Assembly (NCBI GenBank): GCA_049514075.1
Contig: JBEKVK010000001.1
Location: forward strand, 55,297 to 119,296
Length of the DNA: 64,000 nt
Direction: 5' to 3'
DNA from: Candidatus Bathyarchaeia archaeon
Lineage (GTDB): Archaea > Thermoproteota > Bathyarchaeia > Bathyarchaeales > Bathycorpusculaceae
In this document: positions 1 to 10,500 of the stretch, one piece after another
Layout: every line of letters begins with the position of its first letter
Position numbering within the stretch: position 1 is the first letter of the stretch
Made by a program: the position numbers and the translations under genes
The notes under the pieces: generated by a model
Database searches by the model: none
Told to the model about the DNA's origin: nothing
The model's input: the letters and a program-made list of their open reading frames with translations, nothing else

Positions 1-25
1 AAAAGAGCAAAGGAAGCAATAAAAA

Positions 26-1084
26 ATGTCGTCTAAGCGTAAAGTAGCAGTCTTAGGTGCAACGGGAGCCGTAGGACAAAGGTTCATTCAGCTACTTCAG
101 GGACACCCGTGGTTCCAAATTGAAGTACTTGCCGCTTCAGAGCGGTCAGCAGGCAAAAAATACGGCGAAGCTTGCACATGGGTTATGGAATCGAACCTGC
201 CTAAAGATATTGCAGAGATGCCTGTGGTAAACGCCGACGTCGAATCCGTCGAGAAGGCAGGCGATGTGGACTTGATATTTTCTTCGTTGCCAGGTGATTT
301 AGCTGGTCCAGTTGAGTCACAGTTCGCGGCGCTTTTCCCTGTTTTCAGCAAGGCAAGTGCACATAGAATGGAGAAAGATGTGCCATTGCTCATCCCAGAA
401 ATCAACCCCGAACACGTCGAGTTGATAAAGGTGCAGCAGAAGATGCGAGGCTGGAAAGGCTTCATATCGACAGATCCTAACTGCAGCACTATACAGCTAG
501 CAGTAACCCTAAAGCCCCTGGTAGAATTTGGCTTAAATCAAATCATAGTTTCAACCATGCAAGCGCTCAGCGGCGCAGGATACCCAGGGGTGGCTTCATT
601 GGACATAATCGACAATGTAGTTCCGTTCATTTCAGGCGAAGAAGAAAAAATGGAAGCCGAAGCCCTCAAAATTCTGGGCACATTCGACGGCAAAGCAATT
701 CAGAACGCTGACTTCAAGCTTAGCGCAAGCTGCAACCGAGTCAATGTGAAAGACGGACATTTAGAATCGGTATTCATCAAAACAGAATGCGACCCGTCAG
801 TAGAGGAAATTGAAGCTGCGTTCGCAAACTTCAAAGGCGAACCCCAAAAACTCAAGTTGCCCTCCGCACCTAAGCAGCCTATTGTGGTTCGCCACGAAAA
901 GAACAGGCCTCAACCACGTTTTGACCGCGACACTGGCTGCGGGATGAGTGTTGTGGTCGGCCGGATACGAAAGGATCCAATAATGACCTTCAAGTACATG
1001 TGCCTCGGCCATAACACAGTTCGGGGTGGTGCAGGAGCAGGAATTTTAAGCGCTGAACTCTACGTTGCTAAAGGATTAGCGTAG
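26..1084 (+). CDS. asd: aspartate-semialdehyde dehydrogenase
   Basis: GATGAVG NAD motif, PNCST catalytic Cys, SGAGYPG and GHNTVRGGAG motifs. Confidence 0.96.
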   Translation: MSSKRKVAVLGATGAVGQRFIQLLQGHPWFQIEVLAASERSAGKKYGEACTWVMESNLPKDIAEMPVVNADVESVEKAGDVDLIFSSLPGDLAGPVESQFAALFPVFSKASAHRMEKDVPLLIPEINPEHVELIKVQQKMRGWKGFISTDPNCSTIQLAVTLKPLVEFGLNQIIVSTMQALSGAGYPGVASLDIIDNVVPFISGEEEKMEAEALKILGTFDGKAIQNADFKLSASCNRVNVKDGHLESVFIKTECDPSVEEIEAAFANFKGEPQKLKLPSAPKQPIVVRHEKNRPQPRFDRDTGCGMSVVVGRIRKDPIMTFKYMCLGHNTVRGGAGAGILSAELYVAKGLA

Positions 1085-1120
1085 GCTTCGGAGTAACGCA
1101 GATAAAAGTGGGTGGAATAG

Positions 1121-2413
1121 ATGGTTAAGGCAAAAAAGTTTCGCGAACCCTTAGAAGACCGTAAAGGCAGCTTATTCTTTGATGGGGTATCCGTTAAGGA
1201 GCTAGCTCAGAAATATGATACTCCACTTTACGTTGTAAGCGAGAAACGGATCAGAGACAACTATAATCGGGTTTTTGACGCCTTAACTAGCAGCTACAAG
1301 TACCTACGGGTCTACTACGCAGCAAAAGCCAACTCGAACCTCACCGTTCTCAAAGTTTTGCAGTCGCAAGGCGCATACCTAGACACTGTAAGCCCAGGCG
1401 AAGTTTTCATGGGCTTGGTTACCGGATACACCCCAGACCGCATCATGTTCACAGGAACCAGCGTCCGAAACGACGAGCTAAAAATGCTGGCAGATGCAAA
1501 CATCACAGTAAACATTGATTCGCTCTCCGAAATTGAGAGACTGCTTAAAATTGGGGTTCCGCAGGTTCTTTCGGTTCGAATCAACCCAGAAATCGGCGCT
1601 GGACATCACGAGCATTGCATAACGGCGGGCCCAGACTCTAAATTCGGGCTCTGGGAAGAAGAAGCAATTCAGGCTTACGCTATTGCGAAGAGAGCAAGAG
1701 TGGAACGCTTCGGCATTCACATGCATATTGGCTCAGGCATCCTAGATGTAGAACCTTATGTGCAGACAGTCGAAAAGCTGCTAAGCATCGCCAAGCGAGT
1801 TCATGACGAAGTGGGTGTGAGCTTCGATTTCATCGACATAGGTGGCGGCTTCGGGGTTCCATACAGCCCCGAAGACAAAGATTTTGATTGGGCAGCCTTC
1901 TCCAGCAAAGTGGTCGGGCCCTTCAAAAGCAAAGTGGCTGAGTACGGTTTGGGCAAACCTTACTTGTGCGTGGAGCCCGGAAGGTATCTTGTCTGTGACG
2001 CAAGCATTCTTCTAACCACCGTTAACACCGTGAAGGTAACGCCGTCCAAGAAGTTCGTCGGCGTAGATGCTGGCTTCAACACGCTCATCCGCCCTACAAT
2101 GTACGGCTCCTACCATTCGATAGTCGTCGCCAACAAGCTGGGAGCAACGAACAAAGAAACTTACGACGTAGTGGGCCCAATTTGCGAGTCAGGGGACGCT
2201 CTAGCCAAAAACCGTGAGCTGCCCGTGATCGAAGAAGGAGATGTACTTGCTGTTTTGAACGCAGGCGCTTACGGTTTCAGCATGAGCTCGCAATATAACG
2301 CGAGACCTAGAGCCGCCGAAGTCATGATTAGGCAAGGCAAACCAACTGTCATTAGGGAACGGGAGCAGCTTGACAACTTAACCGCTAACCAACGCGTGGA
2401 AGAGTCCTCTTGA
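1121..2413 (+). CDS. lysA: diaminopimelate decarboxylase
   Basis: YAAKAN PLP lysine, HMHIGS, DIGGG, EPGR, GPICESGD and AGAYG motifs. Confidence 0.96.
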   Translation: MVKAKKFREPLEDRKGSLFFDGVSVKELAQKYDTPLYVVSEKRIRDNYNRVFDALTSSYKYLRVYYAAKANSNLTVLKVLQSQGAYLDTVSPGEVFMGLVTGYTPDRIMFTGTSVRNDELKMLADANITVNIDSLSEIERLLKIGVPQVLSVRINPEIGAGHHEHCITAGPDSKFGLWEEEAIQAYAIAKRARVERFGIHMHIGSGILDVEPYVQTVEKLLSIAKRVHDEVGVSFDFIDIGGGFGVPYSPEDKDFDWAAFSSKVVGPFKSKVAEYGLGKPYLCVEPGRYLVCDASILLTTVNTVKVTPSKKFVGVDAGFNTLIRPTMYGSYHSIVVANKLGATNKETYDVVGPICESGDALAKNRELPVIEEGDVLAVLNAGAYGFSMSSQYNARPRAAEVMIRQGKPTVIREREQLDNLTANQRVEESS

Positions 2414-3249
2414 TGCGGTTTTGGAAGATGCATGGCTTAGGTAACGACTATATTGTAATCGACAACAGGGACAACGACATTAACAGCCTCCAAGCTTCGG
2501 ATTTAGCAAAACATCTTTGTGAACGCCGCTTTTCAATTGGTGCAGACGGGCTACTCTTGCTTTCAGAGTCTAAATCGGCTGACGCCAAGATGAGGATTTT
2601 CAACGCTGACGGATCCGAAGCTGAGATGTGCGGCAACGGAATAAGATGCTTTGCCAAATACTGCTGCGAAACCGGCGTCGTTAAGAAAAAAGAGTTCTCT
2701 GTTGAAACTCTCTCAGGCGTCAAACTTGTCACTCTAACAGTAAAAGGAAACGTTGTGGAAGCTGTCAAGGTTGATATGGGCAATCCTAATTGGGAAAGAA
2801 ACTCTCTACCGATGGTCGGGAAAGGCATCTGCCTAAACGAAAACTTGGACGTTGACGGAGAAGTCTTCAAGGTCACCTGCCTTTCAATTGGCAACCCACA
2901 CTGTGTCATATTCGTCGACAACGTTGACAATTTCCCAGTTAAAGAAATCGGATCAATAATTGAAAATAACAAGGTTTTTCCAAAAAGAACTAACGTCGAC
3001 TTCGTCCAAGTCTTGAGCACAAGCCAGCTTAAAATTCGGGTTTGGGAACGTGGCTGCGGAGAAACCTTCGCTTGCGGGACGGGAACCTGCGCCTCGGTAG
3101 CTGCCGCAAACAGGCTTGGAAAAGTTGGGGATAAAGTTACAGTTCAATTGTTAGGTGGTTGTCTGAAAGTTGAAGTAGATGCTGGAAAGCTTTTCTTGAG
3201 CGGAGAAACAAAGAAAGTTTTTGAAGGAACCCTGTTTGACGAGGCATAG
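2410..3249 (+). CDS. dapF: diaminopimelate epimerase
   Basis: KMHGLGND, NADGSEAEMCGNG, GNPH and ERGCGETFACGTG motifs. Confidence 0.96.
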   Translation: MMRFWKMHGLGNDYIVIDNRDNDINSLQASDLAKHLCERRFSIGADGLLLLSESKSADAKMRIFNADGSEAEMCGNGIRCFAKYCCETGVVKKKEFSVETLSGVKLVTLTVKGNVVEAVKVDMGNPNWERNSLPMVGKGICLNENLDVDGEVFKVTCLSIGNPHCVIFVDNVDNFPVKEIGSIIENNKVFPKRTNVDFVQVLSTSQLKIRVWERGCGETFACGTGTCASVAAANRLGKVGDKVTVQLLGGCLKVEVDAGKLFLSGETKKVFEGTLFDEA

Positions 3250-3251
3250 AC

Positions 3252-4412
3252 ATGACGTTTGACTACGCTGAAAGAATTAAACGGTTACCGCCATACTTGT
3301 TTGCTGAAATTGAAAAAAACATTAAAGAAAAGAAGGCGCAAGGAGTCGACTTAATTTCCCTAAGCATCGGTGATCCCGACTTGCCGCCGCCACAATTCAT
3401 TATTGAAACGTTCAAGCAAGAGGCAACTAACCCTAAGAACCACAACTACTCGTTCAGCCAAGGCGAACCAGACTTCCGGGAAGCAGTCGCAAGCTGGTAC
3501 AAGGAGCGGTTTAATGTTGATTTAACACAAGATCAAGTAGTGGCTCTTTTAGGCTCAAAAGAAGGTCTAGCAAACATCGCCCGAGCATTTATAAATCCAG
3601 GAGATCGCGTTTTAGTCCCTGACCCAGGCTACCCAGTCTACGCTAACGGGAGCACAATCCTCTGCGACGGTACGGTGATTCCGATGCCTCTTCTGGAGAA
3701 GAACAGTTTCCAACCTGACTTCGAATCCATCGATGCCAAGAGCGCAAAGATGATGTTCCTTAACTACCCTAACAACCCTACTGCAGCCACTGTCGACAAG
3801 AAATTCTTGAAGAAAGCCGTGGACTTCGCGAAAGACAACAACATAATTCTCTGCTACGACAACGCTTACTCGGAAATAACCTATGACGGATACAAGGCAC
3901 CCAGCATCCTGGAAATTGATGGTTCCATGGACGTTGCCGTCGAGTTCCATTCTCTCTCGAAAACCTTTAACGTGACGGGCGACCGCATCGGCTTCGCTGT
4001 GGGAAATAAGCGCCTTGTGGGCGGCTTAGCCAAAGTCAAATCACAGATAGATTCGGGACCACCAGTCTACACACAAAAAGTCGCGGTCAAGGCCTTAGCA
4101 TCGTACAAGGGTAAAGAACCACCAGAATTCTTAAGAAAAAACAATCAAATTCTCCAGGAACGCCGCGACCTATTGATTGAAACCCTCTGCAAAATCGGTT
4201 ACAAATGCGAAAAACCCAAAGCGACATTCTATGTCTGGGCAAACTGCAAAGGCGACTCAATGAAGTTCGCAACTAAACTGCTTGATGCTGGAGTGGCTGT
4301 GACGCCGGGAGTTGGCTTTGGGAAATTCGGCGAGGGCTACGTGAGGATAACTTTTACGCAGCCGAAAGAACGCATAATTGAAGCCTGCGAAAGAATAAGC
4401 AAGGCTTTCTAA
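3252..4412 (+). CDS. dapL: LL-diaminopimelate aminotransferase (class I/II PLP aminotransferase)
   Basis: LPPYLFA start, NYPNNPT, DNAYSE and SLSKTFN motifs; operonic with asd/lysA/dapF. Confidence 0.85.
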   Translation: MTFDYAERIKRLPPYLFAEIEKNIKEKKAQGVDLISLSIGDPDLPPPQFIIETFKQEATNPKNHNYSFSQGEPDFREAVASWYKERFNVDLTQDQVVALLGSKEGLANIARAFINPGDRVLVPDPGYPVYANGSTILCDGTVIPMPLLEKNSFQPDFESIDAKSAKMMFLNYPNNPTAATVDKKFLKKAVDFAKDNNIILCYDNAYSEITYDGYKAPSILEIDGSMDVAVEFHSLSKTFNVTGDRIGFAVGNKRLVGGLAKVKSQIDSGPPVYTQKVAVKALASYKGKEPPEFLRKNNQILQERRDLLIETLCKIGYKCEKPKATFYVWANCKGDSMKFATKLLDAGVAVTPGVGFGKFGEGYVRITFTQPKERIIEACERISKAF

Positions 4413-4573
4413 CTTCTTTCCAAAACCTTGTTTTAGTTCTAAGGCAGGTTGCATTTTGGGCTGCCATGACTGGATGACGCAATAGTGAAAAAGCAGGAAA
4501 AATTCGGCTTGATAATACAGTATATATTAAATATGTGACGTATTAACTAAAGAGTTGTAAGTATGTTGGTGGC

Positions 4574-5593
4574 ATGACTATGGAACGCAGAATAATGTCG
4601 TTAGGCAGATCCTCAATGGTGATTTCTCTTCCAAAAAACTGGATGACACTAAACGAACTAAACAAGGGAGATGTCGTTTCGTACGCAATCCAACGCGACC
4701 GATCATTAGTTGTTTATCCAGGGGCTGAGAAAAAGTCGCAGCCCAAAGAGACAACAATTAAGATAGGACACAGCGATGATGAAACATTAATAACGCAAAA
4801 AATCATTGGGTCATTCTTGAACGGGTATTCGGGAATCACGCTTATAGCAGAAAAAATCCTCTCTGTTCCTCAAAGGAAAGCTATACGGTATATCGCAGGT
4901 CGGCTTTACATGAGAATAATGGAGTCGGATTCAAGAGGAGTTTACCTTCAAACGCTAACTGATGAATCAAAAGCTTCACTTGACCAAGCAGTGCAAAGAA
5001 TGCATCTGATATCCTACTCCATGTGCGAGGATGTTTTCACAGCTCTGAAGAACAACGACGTCACACTTGCAAAATCTGTTTTTTCACTTGATGACGATGT
5101 CGATCAATTCCACTTCCTCATCCTCAGAATACTACGAAACGCGGCTCAAAGTCCAGTTCTAGCAAACGAACTGCGTTTGGACCCGCTTGACTGCATGGAC
5201 TACCAATACCTCTCCGTGCTCATTGAACATGCCGCAGACTACGTGGCCGATATAGCCAAACACATCATCATGATAGATGGAACAGGAGAAAAAATACCCT
5301 CCAACTTGTTGGAGCTTATAGTCGATGAAGGAACGGAGGTAGTCGATTTATACATTAAAGCCGTCAACGCTTTCTTCCAACACGACCCTGACTTTTCAGT
5401 TGAAATAATGAAACAAACCAAGAGAATTGAAAAACTAGATCAGGAAATAGCAAGCACAACTTTCATAAGCAACAAGAAACCCGAGTTGATTTGCGCGGTA
5501 TGTTCGATCCGAGAGGACATAAAAAGAATTGCTTTCTATGCAGCAAACATCGCGGAAGTTACCGTGAACCACGCGTTCAAAGTTCCTACATAA
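4574..5593 (+). CDS. AbrB-domain PhoU-family (phosphate uptake) regulator
   Basis: N-terminal RRIMSLGRSSMVISLPKNW AbrB motif, followed by PhoU repeats (DDDVD, IEHAADY). Confidence 0.88.
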   Translation: MTMERRIMSLGRSSMVISLPKNWMTLNELNKGDVVSYAIQRDRSLVVYPGAEKKSQPKETTIKIGHSDDETLITQKIIGSFLNGYSGITLIAEKILSVPQRKAIRYIAGRLYMRIMESDSRGVYLQTLTDESKASLDQAVQRMHLISYSMCEDVFTALKNNDVTLAKSVFSLDDDVDQFHFLILRILRNAAQSPVLANELRLDPLDCMDYQYLSVLIEHAADYVADIAKHIIMIDGTGEKIPSNLLELIVDEGTEVVDLYIKAVNAFFQHDPDFSVEIMKQTKRIEKLDQEIASTTFISNKKPELICAVCSIREDIKRIAFYAANIAEVTVNHAFKVPT

Positions 5594-5618
5594 AAAAGAC
5601 ATAAAAAAGAAAGATACC

Positions 5619-7334
5619 CTATGCGGGTTTCTTCATCGATTGATAATTCAGCGTCATTGCCAGCTTCGAAGGTAGTAGATCTTTTTCCAACATTTTTCTT
5701 GCCATTGGTAATGCTACGTTAAAGTTATAGACTTCTTTTCCGTTGCTTCGTGCATCTCGCAGCATTTCTTTCTCCACTTTGTGTTTCAAGTCGCCTACGC
5801 TTAGAGCGCCGATTACGAATATGCCAGGTAGCATTTCTTTCATGTCATCTTTGAGCTCGATTCCTTCTACGCCGAAGGGTGGAACCGCGTTTATGTCAAG
5901 TAGGAGCTTCATGTGTTTTATGTCTTTGAGCATTTCTTTGTCGATGATGCGGACGCCTTTGACTCCAGCGCACATGATTACATCAGCCTTCTCTATGATC
6001 TCGATTTTTGAAGCTGGTGTCGGAGCGAATACGCCTTGTACTTGAACTCCATGGTCTTTGGCAAGTAGCTTCCCAATGCTTTCTGCATGCTCTTTTCCGT
6101 CAGCGCGTTTCGGGTTCAGGCTGGCAATCATAACTTTGCAGCCCATTTTAGCGAGAAGGACTGCTGCGATTTGGCCGACTGCACCGGTTCCCATGATGGC
6201 GCATGTTTTGTCTTTTAGCTCGCCAAGTTTGTATGTGACCAATGCGTTTTCTGCTTTTGCAACCATTGCTGCTGCGGTGGTGTAGGCGCCTGCTGGGTCA
6301 ATTATTATGCTTGTTTTGAATGGTGGGAACATTGAGTCTTTTACTGCTTGAAAGACTTCTTCGCTTCGTTCAGCGTTTTTTCCGCCGATCATGAAAGCTG
6401 TGTGTTTAACTCCTTTGGGTCCTCTGGAAAGCAAGGCATCTTGAGTGATGTTTTTTGCGTCTTCCGGATTTACGTTTTCGTAGGGTATGACTGCGTCGTA
6501 GCCGACGTCGTAAGCCATGCAGATGTCGAATGGACTTGCTTTAACGTCTGTGTCGATGTAGAATAGCAGGTATGGTGCTTCTTCTGCGCTTTTGCCCATT
6601 GTTGGTTTAACTTGGATTTGGATTGACTCCAACCAGTTTTCCATCTCGTGAGAGGAAGGTACTTCTGTGCTTGCTGCGATAACTTTCTTTGAGAGCTTCG
6701 CAGTCTCAACTTTTGCGTTCATTGATTCAAGTATCTGCTTTATGCCGGTCATGTGCTCGGGACTGCAGATATGAAGACAGGTAATTTCTTCTTTGCCTTT
6801 GATTTCTCTTGCGTGATTCAGAATACCCATTGCTAGCCAGCTCTCTCTAATCGAGAAGTTTACTTCTCTTTGATGCTCTTCTATCTCGAATTGGAGACTT
6901 TGACCGAGAGCGATCAAGTATTCTTTTTCCATTGACTCGGTTTTTTGCTTTGGCAGATTGTCCAAAGCTTTTAACAAGTCATTTAGTGAGTTTATCTTCT
7001 TTGCGATAACGTCTCCGATGTAGTCTTTCGCGGTTGCGTCCATTTCTACAGCGAAGTATGGAATGTTGCTTTTGTGTAAAATGTCAGTGCTAATGCTTCC
7101 GTCGAAGTCTAATTTGGAACGGTTGCCCAGTTCATCGGTGACGAAGTCAACGTTGACTTTGCTAACTAGGTTTTCGAGAAATTTGTAGAACCCTATTGAC
7201 GGCTTTTGCAATGCTTTGAGTGAGTTCGAGTTTGTTGGCGGCTCGGTTACCCAGAATTGTTCGTTGTATTCTTTTTCCAGCAGTAAGACGTTGAATTTCT
7301 TCTTTTCTAAAGGTTTTAGTTCGAGAGTTTCCAT
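5619..7334 (-). CDS. NAD(P)-dependent methylene-H4MPT/H4F dehydrogenase (MtdA/B/C family) with an extra N-terminal domain of about 250 aa
   Basis: C-terminal part has SPFDICMAYD, SRGPKG, DPAGAYTTAAAMV, GTGAVG and DINAVPPFG motifs; ATG 7334 preferred over 7424. Confidence 0.82.
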   Translation of the reverse strand: METLELKPLEKKKFNVLLLEKEYNEQFWVTEPPTNSNSLKALQKPSIGFYKFLENLVSKVNVDFVTDELGNRSKLDFDGSISTDILHKSNIPYFAVEMDATAKDYIGDVIAKKINSLNDLLKALDNLPKQKTESMEKEYLIALGQSLQFEIEEHQREVNFSIRESWLAMGILNHAREIKGKEEITCLHICSPEHMTGIKQILESMNAKVETAKLSKKVIAASTEVPSSHEMENWLESIQIQVKPTMGKSAEEAPYLLFYIDTDVKASPFDICMAYDVGYDAVIPYENVNPEDAKNITQDALLSRGPKGVKHTAFMIGGKNAERSEEVFQAVKDSMFPPFKTSIIIDPAGAYTTAAAMVAKAENALVTYKLGELKDKTCAIMGTGAVGQIAAVLLAKMGCKVMIASLNPKRADGKEHAESIGKLLAKDHGVQVQGVFAPTPASKIEIIEKADVIMCAGVKGVRIIDKEMLKDIKHMKLLLDINAVPPFGVEGIELKDDMKEMLPGIFVIGALSVGDLKHKVEKEMLRDARSNGKEVYNFNVALPMARKMLEKDLLPSKLAMTLNYQSMKKPA

Positions 7335-7538
7335 GTTTGTTAACCTCTGCCTTTCAGAAGAGAGCAACCGCGGATATATACTTAGCCGAAATACGCTATG
7401 TAAAGTTATATATGGTATATACACATAGCCAACTTCGAATATATCTGCATATACCGCACATACAGAATGTTTGAAGCTTCATAGAGTTGGGGATTAAATC
7501 TAATAGTCTTAATTTTTTTAGGCGTATGCTTGCTCACC

Positions 7539-7574
7539 TGTATATGCAAAGTGTATATGCAAATTGTATATGCA
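7539..7574. repeat. three tandem TGTATATGCA copies at 13-bp period
   Basis: copies start at 7539, 7552 and 7565, in the intergenic region upstream of the Mtd fusion gene. Confidence 0.8.
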
Positions 7575-7734
7575 TCGACCCGACCGGTCGGCTTGTACAC
7601 ACAAGAGAGAACCTACCTCCTCGGCCGGAGACCTTTCTGATTTGATTTTCGAATACTGTGGCAGTACATCATCCGTACCCGCCTTGGATATGGACACTTG
7701 AAAGGATTTTAAGAAAAGAAAAGTTAGGAAAAGT

Positions 7735-8622
7735 TTAGGGATTGTTTTGGCTATAGCTCTCCTCATCAAAAATCGGTTGTGCCATCAGCTTAGTCTTATA
7801 TTTCAGCTTCCCGTCCTTCGCGTGAGGCTTCCTCAACAGTTCATCAGTGTACTTCTCGATTTCCCGCGCTTCTTCAGCTAGCTTAGCGGCTGCTTGAGCT
7901 ACCTCGTGGGCGGAGGCCACCAATGGAATGTATTTTTCGTGTTCTTTCTCCATGAAGCATGCTAAGGTGTTTATGTCGGCGACTTTCTCAGCCATTCCGT
8001 AGGCTGCGATTGCTTTAGCTTTCGCGTAGGGGTTGTTAAAGAAGTTTTGATCTCTAATGGTTGTAATGTCGATAACCAGCTTGGGCAGTATCGGAGGCAA
8101 TCCGGCTTCGATTGCATAGATGACTTTGTCAATCTCCTGGTACACAATCCTGTAGACGCCTGTTATTGCAAGGACTTTGTTTATGTTTGAGTTAAAAATT
8201 GCCATTTCAATTGGGTCTAAAAACTCTTTTCTTGCCCCGATAAGCGGGTCACCTGTGATTATAATGTAGCCTAGACCCTGTTTTTCAATGTCTCCTTTAA
8301 CACGTTTGCCGGGAGAATCGGTTATAACAATTCCAGGCAACTTCCTGCTTGCCACTGCTTCCCGTGCTTTAGAGGGCCCAGGCAACGCGGTGTTAGGCGA
8401 AATTATAACCATGACTTCAGGATTAAATTCAAAGATTTTAGGCAGGGCTTCTTCGACATCGTCGGCTCCCATCTTTGAACCCGTCGTTACAGTACGAACC
8501 TTGATGTCTTTTCTGTCAGCTAACTCATCCAATAGAAGCTCGAGACAAGGTGACGTCCCTATGTTTCCACACTTGAAAATTCCAATCTTTCTCGGAGTCG
8601 GTTGTTGTTGCATTTCTGACAA
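7735..8622 (-). CDS. mtd: F420-dependent methylenetetrahydromethanopterin dehydrogenase
   Basis: KCGNIG, LLLDELADR, GSKM, ISPN, IGARKEFLDPIEMAIFN, NPYAKAKA and RKPH motifs. Confidence 0.93.
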   Translation of the reverse strand: MSEMQQQPTPRKIGIFKCGNIGTSPCLELLLDELADRKDIKVRTVTTGSKMGADDVEEALPKIFEFNPEVMVIISPNTALPGPSKAREAVASRKLPGIVITDSPGKRVKGDIEKQGLGYIIITGDPLIGARKEFLDPIEMAIFNSNINKVLAITGVYRIVYQEIDKVIYAIEAGLPPILPKLVIDITTIRDQNFFNNPYAKAKAIAAYGMAEKVADINTLACFMEKEHEKYIPLVASAHEVAQAAAKLAEEAREIEKYTDELLRKPHAKDGKLKYKTKLMAQPIFDEESYSQNNP

Positions 8623-8932
8623 TTTGAATTTACCCCTTATTTAGTAGGAATTTTATGTTTGTTGAGCATTTAAAAGTTGTCATATTCGATATTTTTGGGA
8701 AAACGATTGAATTGATTTTGCCGATCTATGGTTTTTGGGTTGAAGAACGGGTGATTGAGAACCCGCGCTAAAAGGTCAAGTAAAGGTCAAGCTTGATTTG
8801 TTATGAAAAAGTTGGTTGAAATCGAGAAAGAGGCATTTTGTTCTAAGAGCCATATAGGAGGGAGCTGTCAACCGTAATTTTTTAATAACATCACCCTCAA
8901 AGGTGTATTCAGATAAACTTTGAACGAGGATC

Positions 8933-9982
8933 ATGCATTTGTCTTTACATGAAAATTTAGAGAAGCTTTCGAACGCTTGCGGTGTCACGGGCAGGGAAAG
9001 CGAGGTTCGTGAGTTAATGATTAGACTCATGACGCCTTATGTTGACGAAATAGTTGTTGATAAACTTGAAAACGTGGTGGGCATCAAGAAAGGGAAAGAA
9101 AAGTCGACTAAAATAATGCTTGCCGCTCACATGGATGAAATCGGGTTAATGGTGAAGACAATCACTAAAGATGGCTTTTTACAGTTCGCCAAGATGGGCG
9201 GAATTGATGACCGCATCTTGCCCGCTCAAATGGTTACAGTCTTTTCTAAAAGAGGCTCTTTCCCAGGCATAATCGGCTCAAAACCGCCCCACATCCAAAA
9301 AGAGGAAGAACGCAAAAAAATTATCACATCGGACGAGCTCTTCATTGATGTGGGAGCAGAAAACCGCGATGATGCTTTAGTGATGGGAGTCGCAGTGGGC
9401 GATCCAGTTGGTTTTAACATAAAATATGTACCGTTAGGTAGAGATGTTGCAATAGGCAAAGCTTTCGATAACCGAGCAGGCTGTGCCGCGATGGTTGAAA
9501 CGCTTAAGCTGTTGGGAAAGACCGATTATACTGTCTATGCTGTCGGAACTGTTCAAGAAGAAGTAGGTTTGCGGGGCGCCGGCGCGGCAGCTTTCAATAT
9601 TGACCCTGATGTGGCGATAGCTCTCGATGTAACGATAGCAGGCGATGTCCCAGGGGTAAGAGAATATGACGCAAGCGTCAAAATGGGAAATGGTCCTGCA
9701 GTAACAATTTCAGATTCGGGTTTGATTACTCACCCGAAGGTTCTGCGTTGGCTTTTGGATTCGGCGGGCGAAGAAAAAATTCCTTTCCAAATTGAAACAG
9801 GATTGATGGGTTCAACGGATGCTGCACGCATTTCCCTAACAAGGCAGGGAATCCCAAGCGGCAACATATCGATTGGAACACGTTACATCCACAGTCCGGT
9901 TGGGATGCTAAGCTTGAAGGACATTGAAAACTCGGCGAAACTCACCGTTGCAGCCATACAAAGGACCTCGCGATACTTTTAA
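8933..9982 (+). CDS. M42 family (TET) aminopeptidase
   Basis: AAHMDEIG, KAFDNR, QEEVGLRGA and RYIHSP motifs. Confidence 0.93.
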   Translation: MHLSLHENLEKLSNACGVTGRESEVRELMIRLMTPYVDEIVVDKLENVVGIKKGKEKSTKIMLAAHMDEIGLMVKTITKDGFLQFAKMGGIDDRILPAQMVTVFSKRGSFPGIIGSKPPHIQKEEERKKIITSDELFIDVGAENRDDALVMGVAVGDPVGFNIKYVPLGRDVAIGKAFDNRAGCAAMVETLKLLGKTDYTVYAVGTVQEEVGLRGAGAAAFNIDPDVAIALDVTIAGDVPGVREYDASVKMGNGPAVTISDSGLITHPKVLRWLLDSAGEEKIPFQIETGLMGSTDAARISLTRQGIPSGNISIGTRYIHSPVGMLSLKDIENSAKLTVAAIQRTSRYF

Positions 9983-10050
9983 GCCCCTAGGCTTTCATCG
10001 AAAGTGTTTTTAGCTCTTCAACACCATTGATTAGATAGTGACGCGCTAAA

Positions 10051-10500
10051 ATGGATGCTCCTCAAAAATTCGCCGGAAAATTTGAGTTCTTAGAACACAC
10101 TGCTGACGTCTACATTCGAGCTTTCGGGAAAACGATGGAGGAAGCTTACTCAAACTCTGCGCTTGCAATGTTTGAGGTTATGACTGACACTGACAAAATA
10201 GCTCAAACCAAGCAGGAAAACCTGGAGGTGGAAGCGGAAGACCAATATGCGCTGCTTTACAATTGGCTGGAAATCCTGCTTGTAAAGTTCGAAACCGAAG
10301 GGATGTTTTATTCAAAATTTGAAATAACCGACTGGAAAGAAACCGAAGAAAACTTCGCGTTTAAAGCAAAAATTTGGGGGGAAAAATATGACGCTCGGAA
10401 GCACCCTCAGAAAGTCGGCGTTAAAGCTGTGACTTACCATAGAATGATGATTATTAGAGAAAAGGACAGCGCTGTTTTAGAGTTTATTTTGGATATTTAG
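10051..10500 (+). CDS. archease
   Basis: EHTADV, VKAVTYH and terminal LDI motifs. Confidence 0.93.
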   Translation: MDAPQKFAGKFEFLEHTADVYIRAFGKTMEEAYSNSALAMFEVMTDTDKIAQTKQENLEVEAEDQYALLYNWLEILLVKFETEGMFYSKFEITDWKETEENFAFKAKIWGEKYDARKHPQKVGVKAVTYHRMMIIREKDSAVLEFILDI

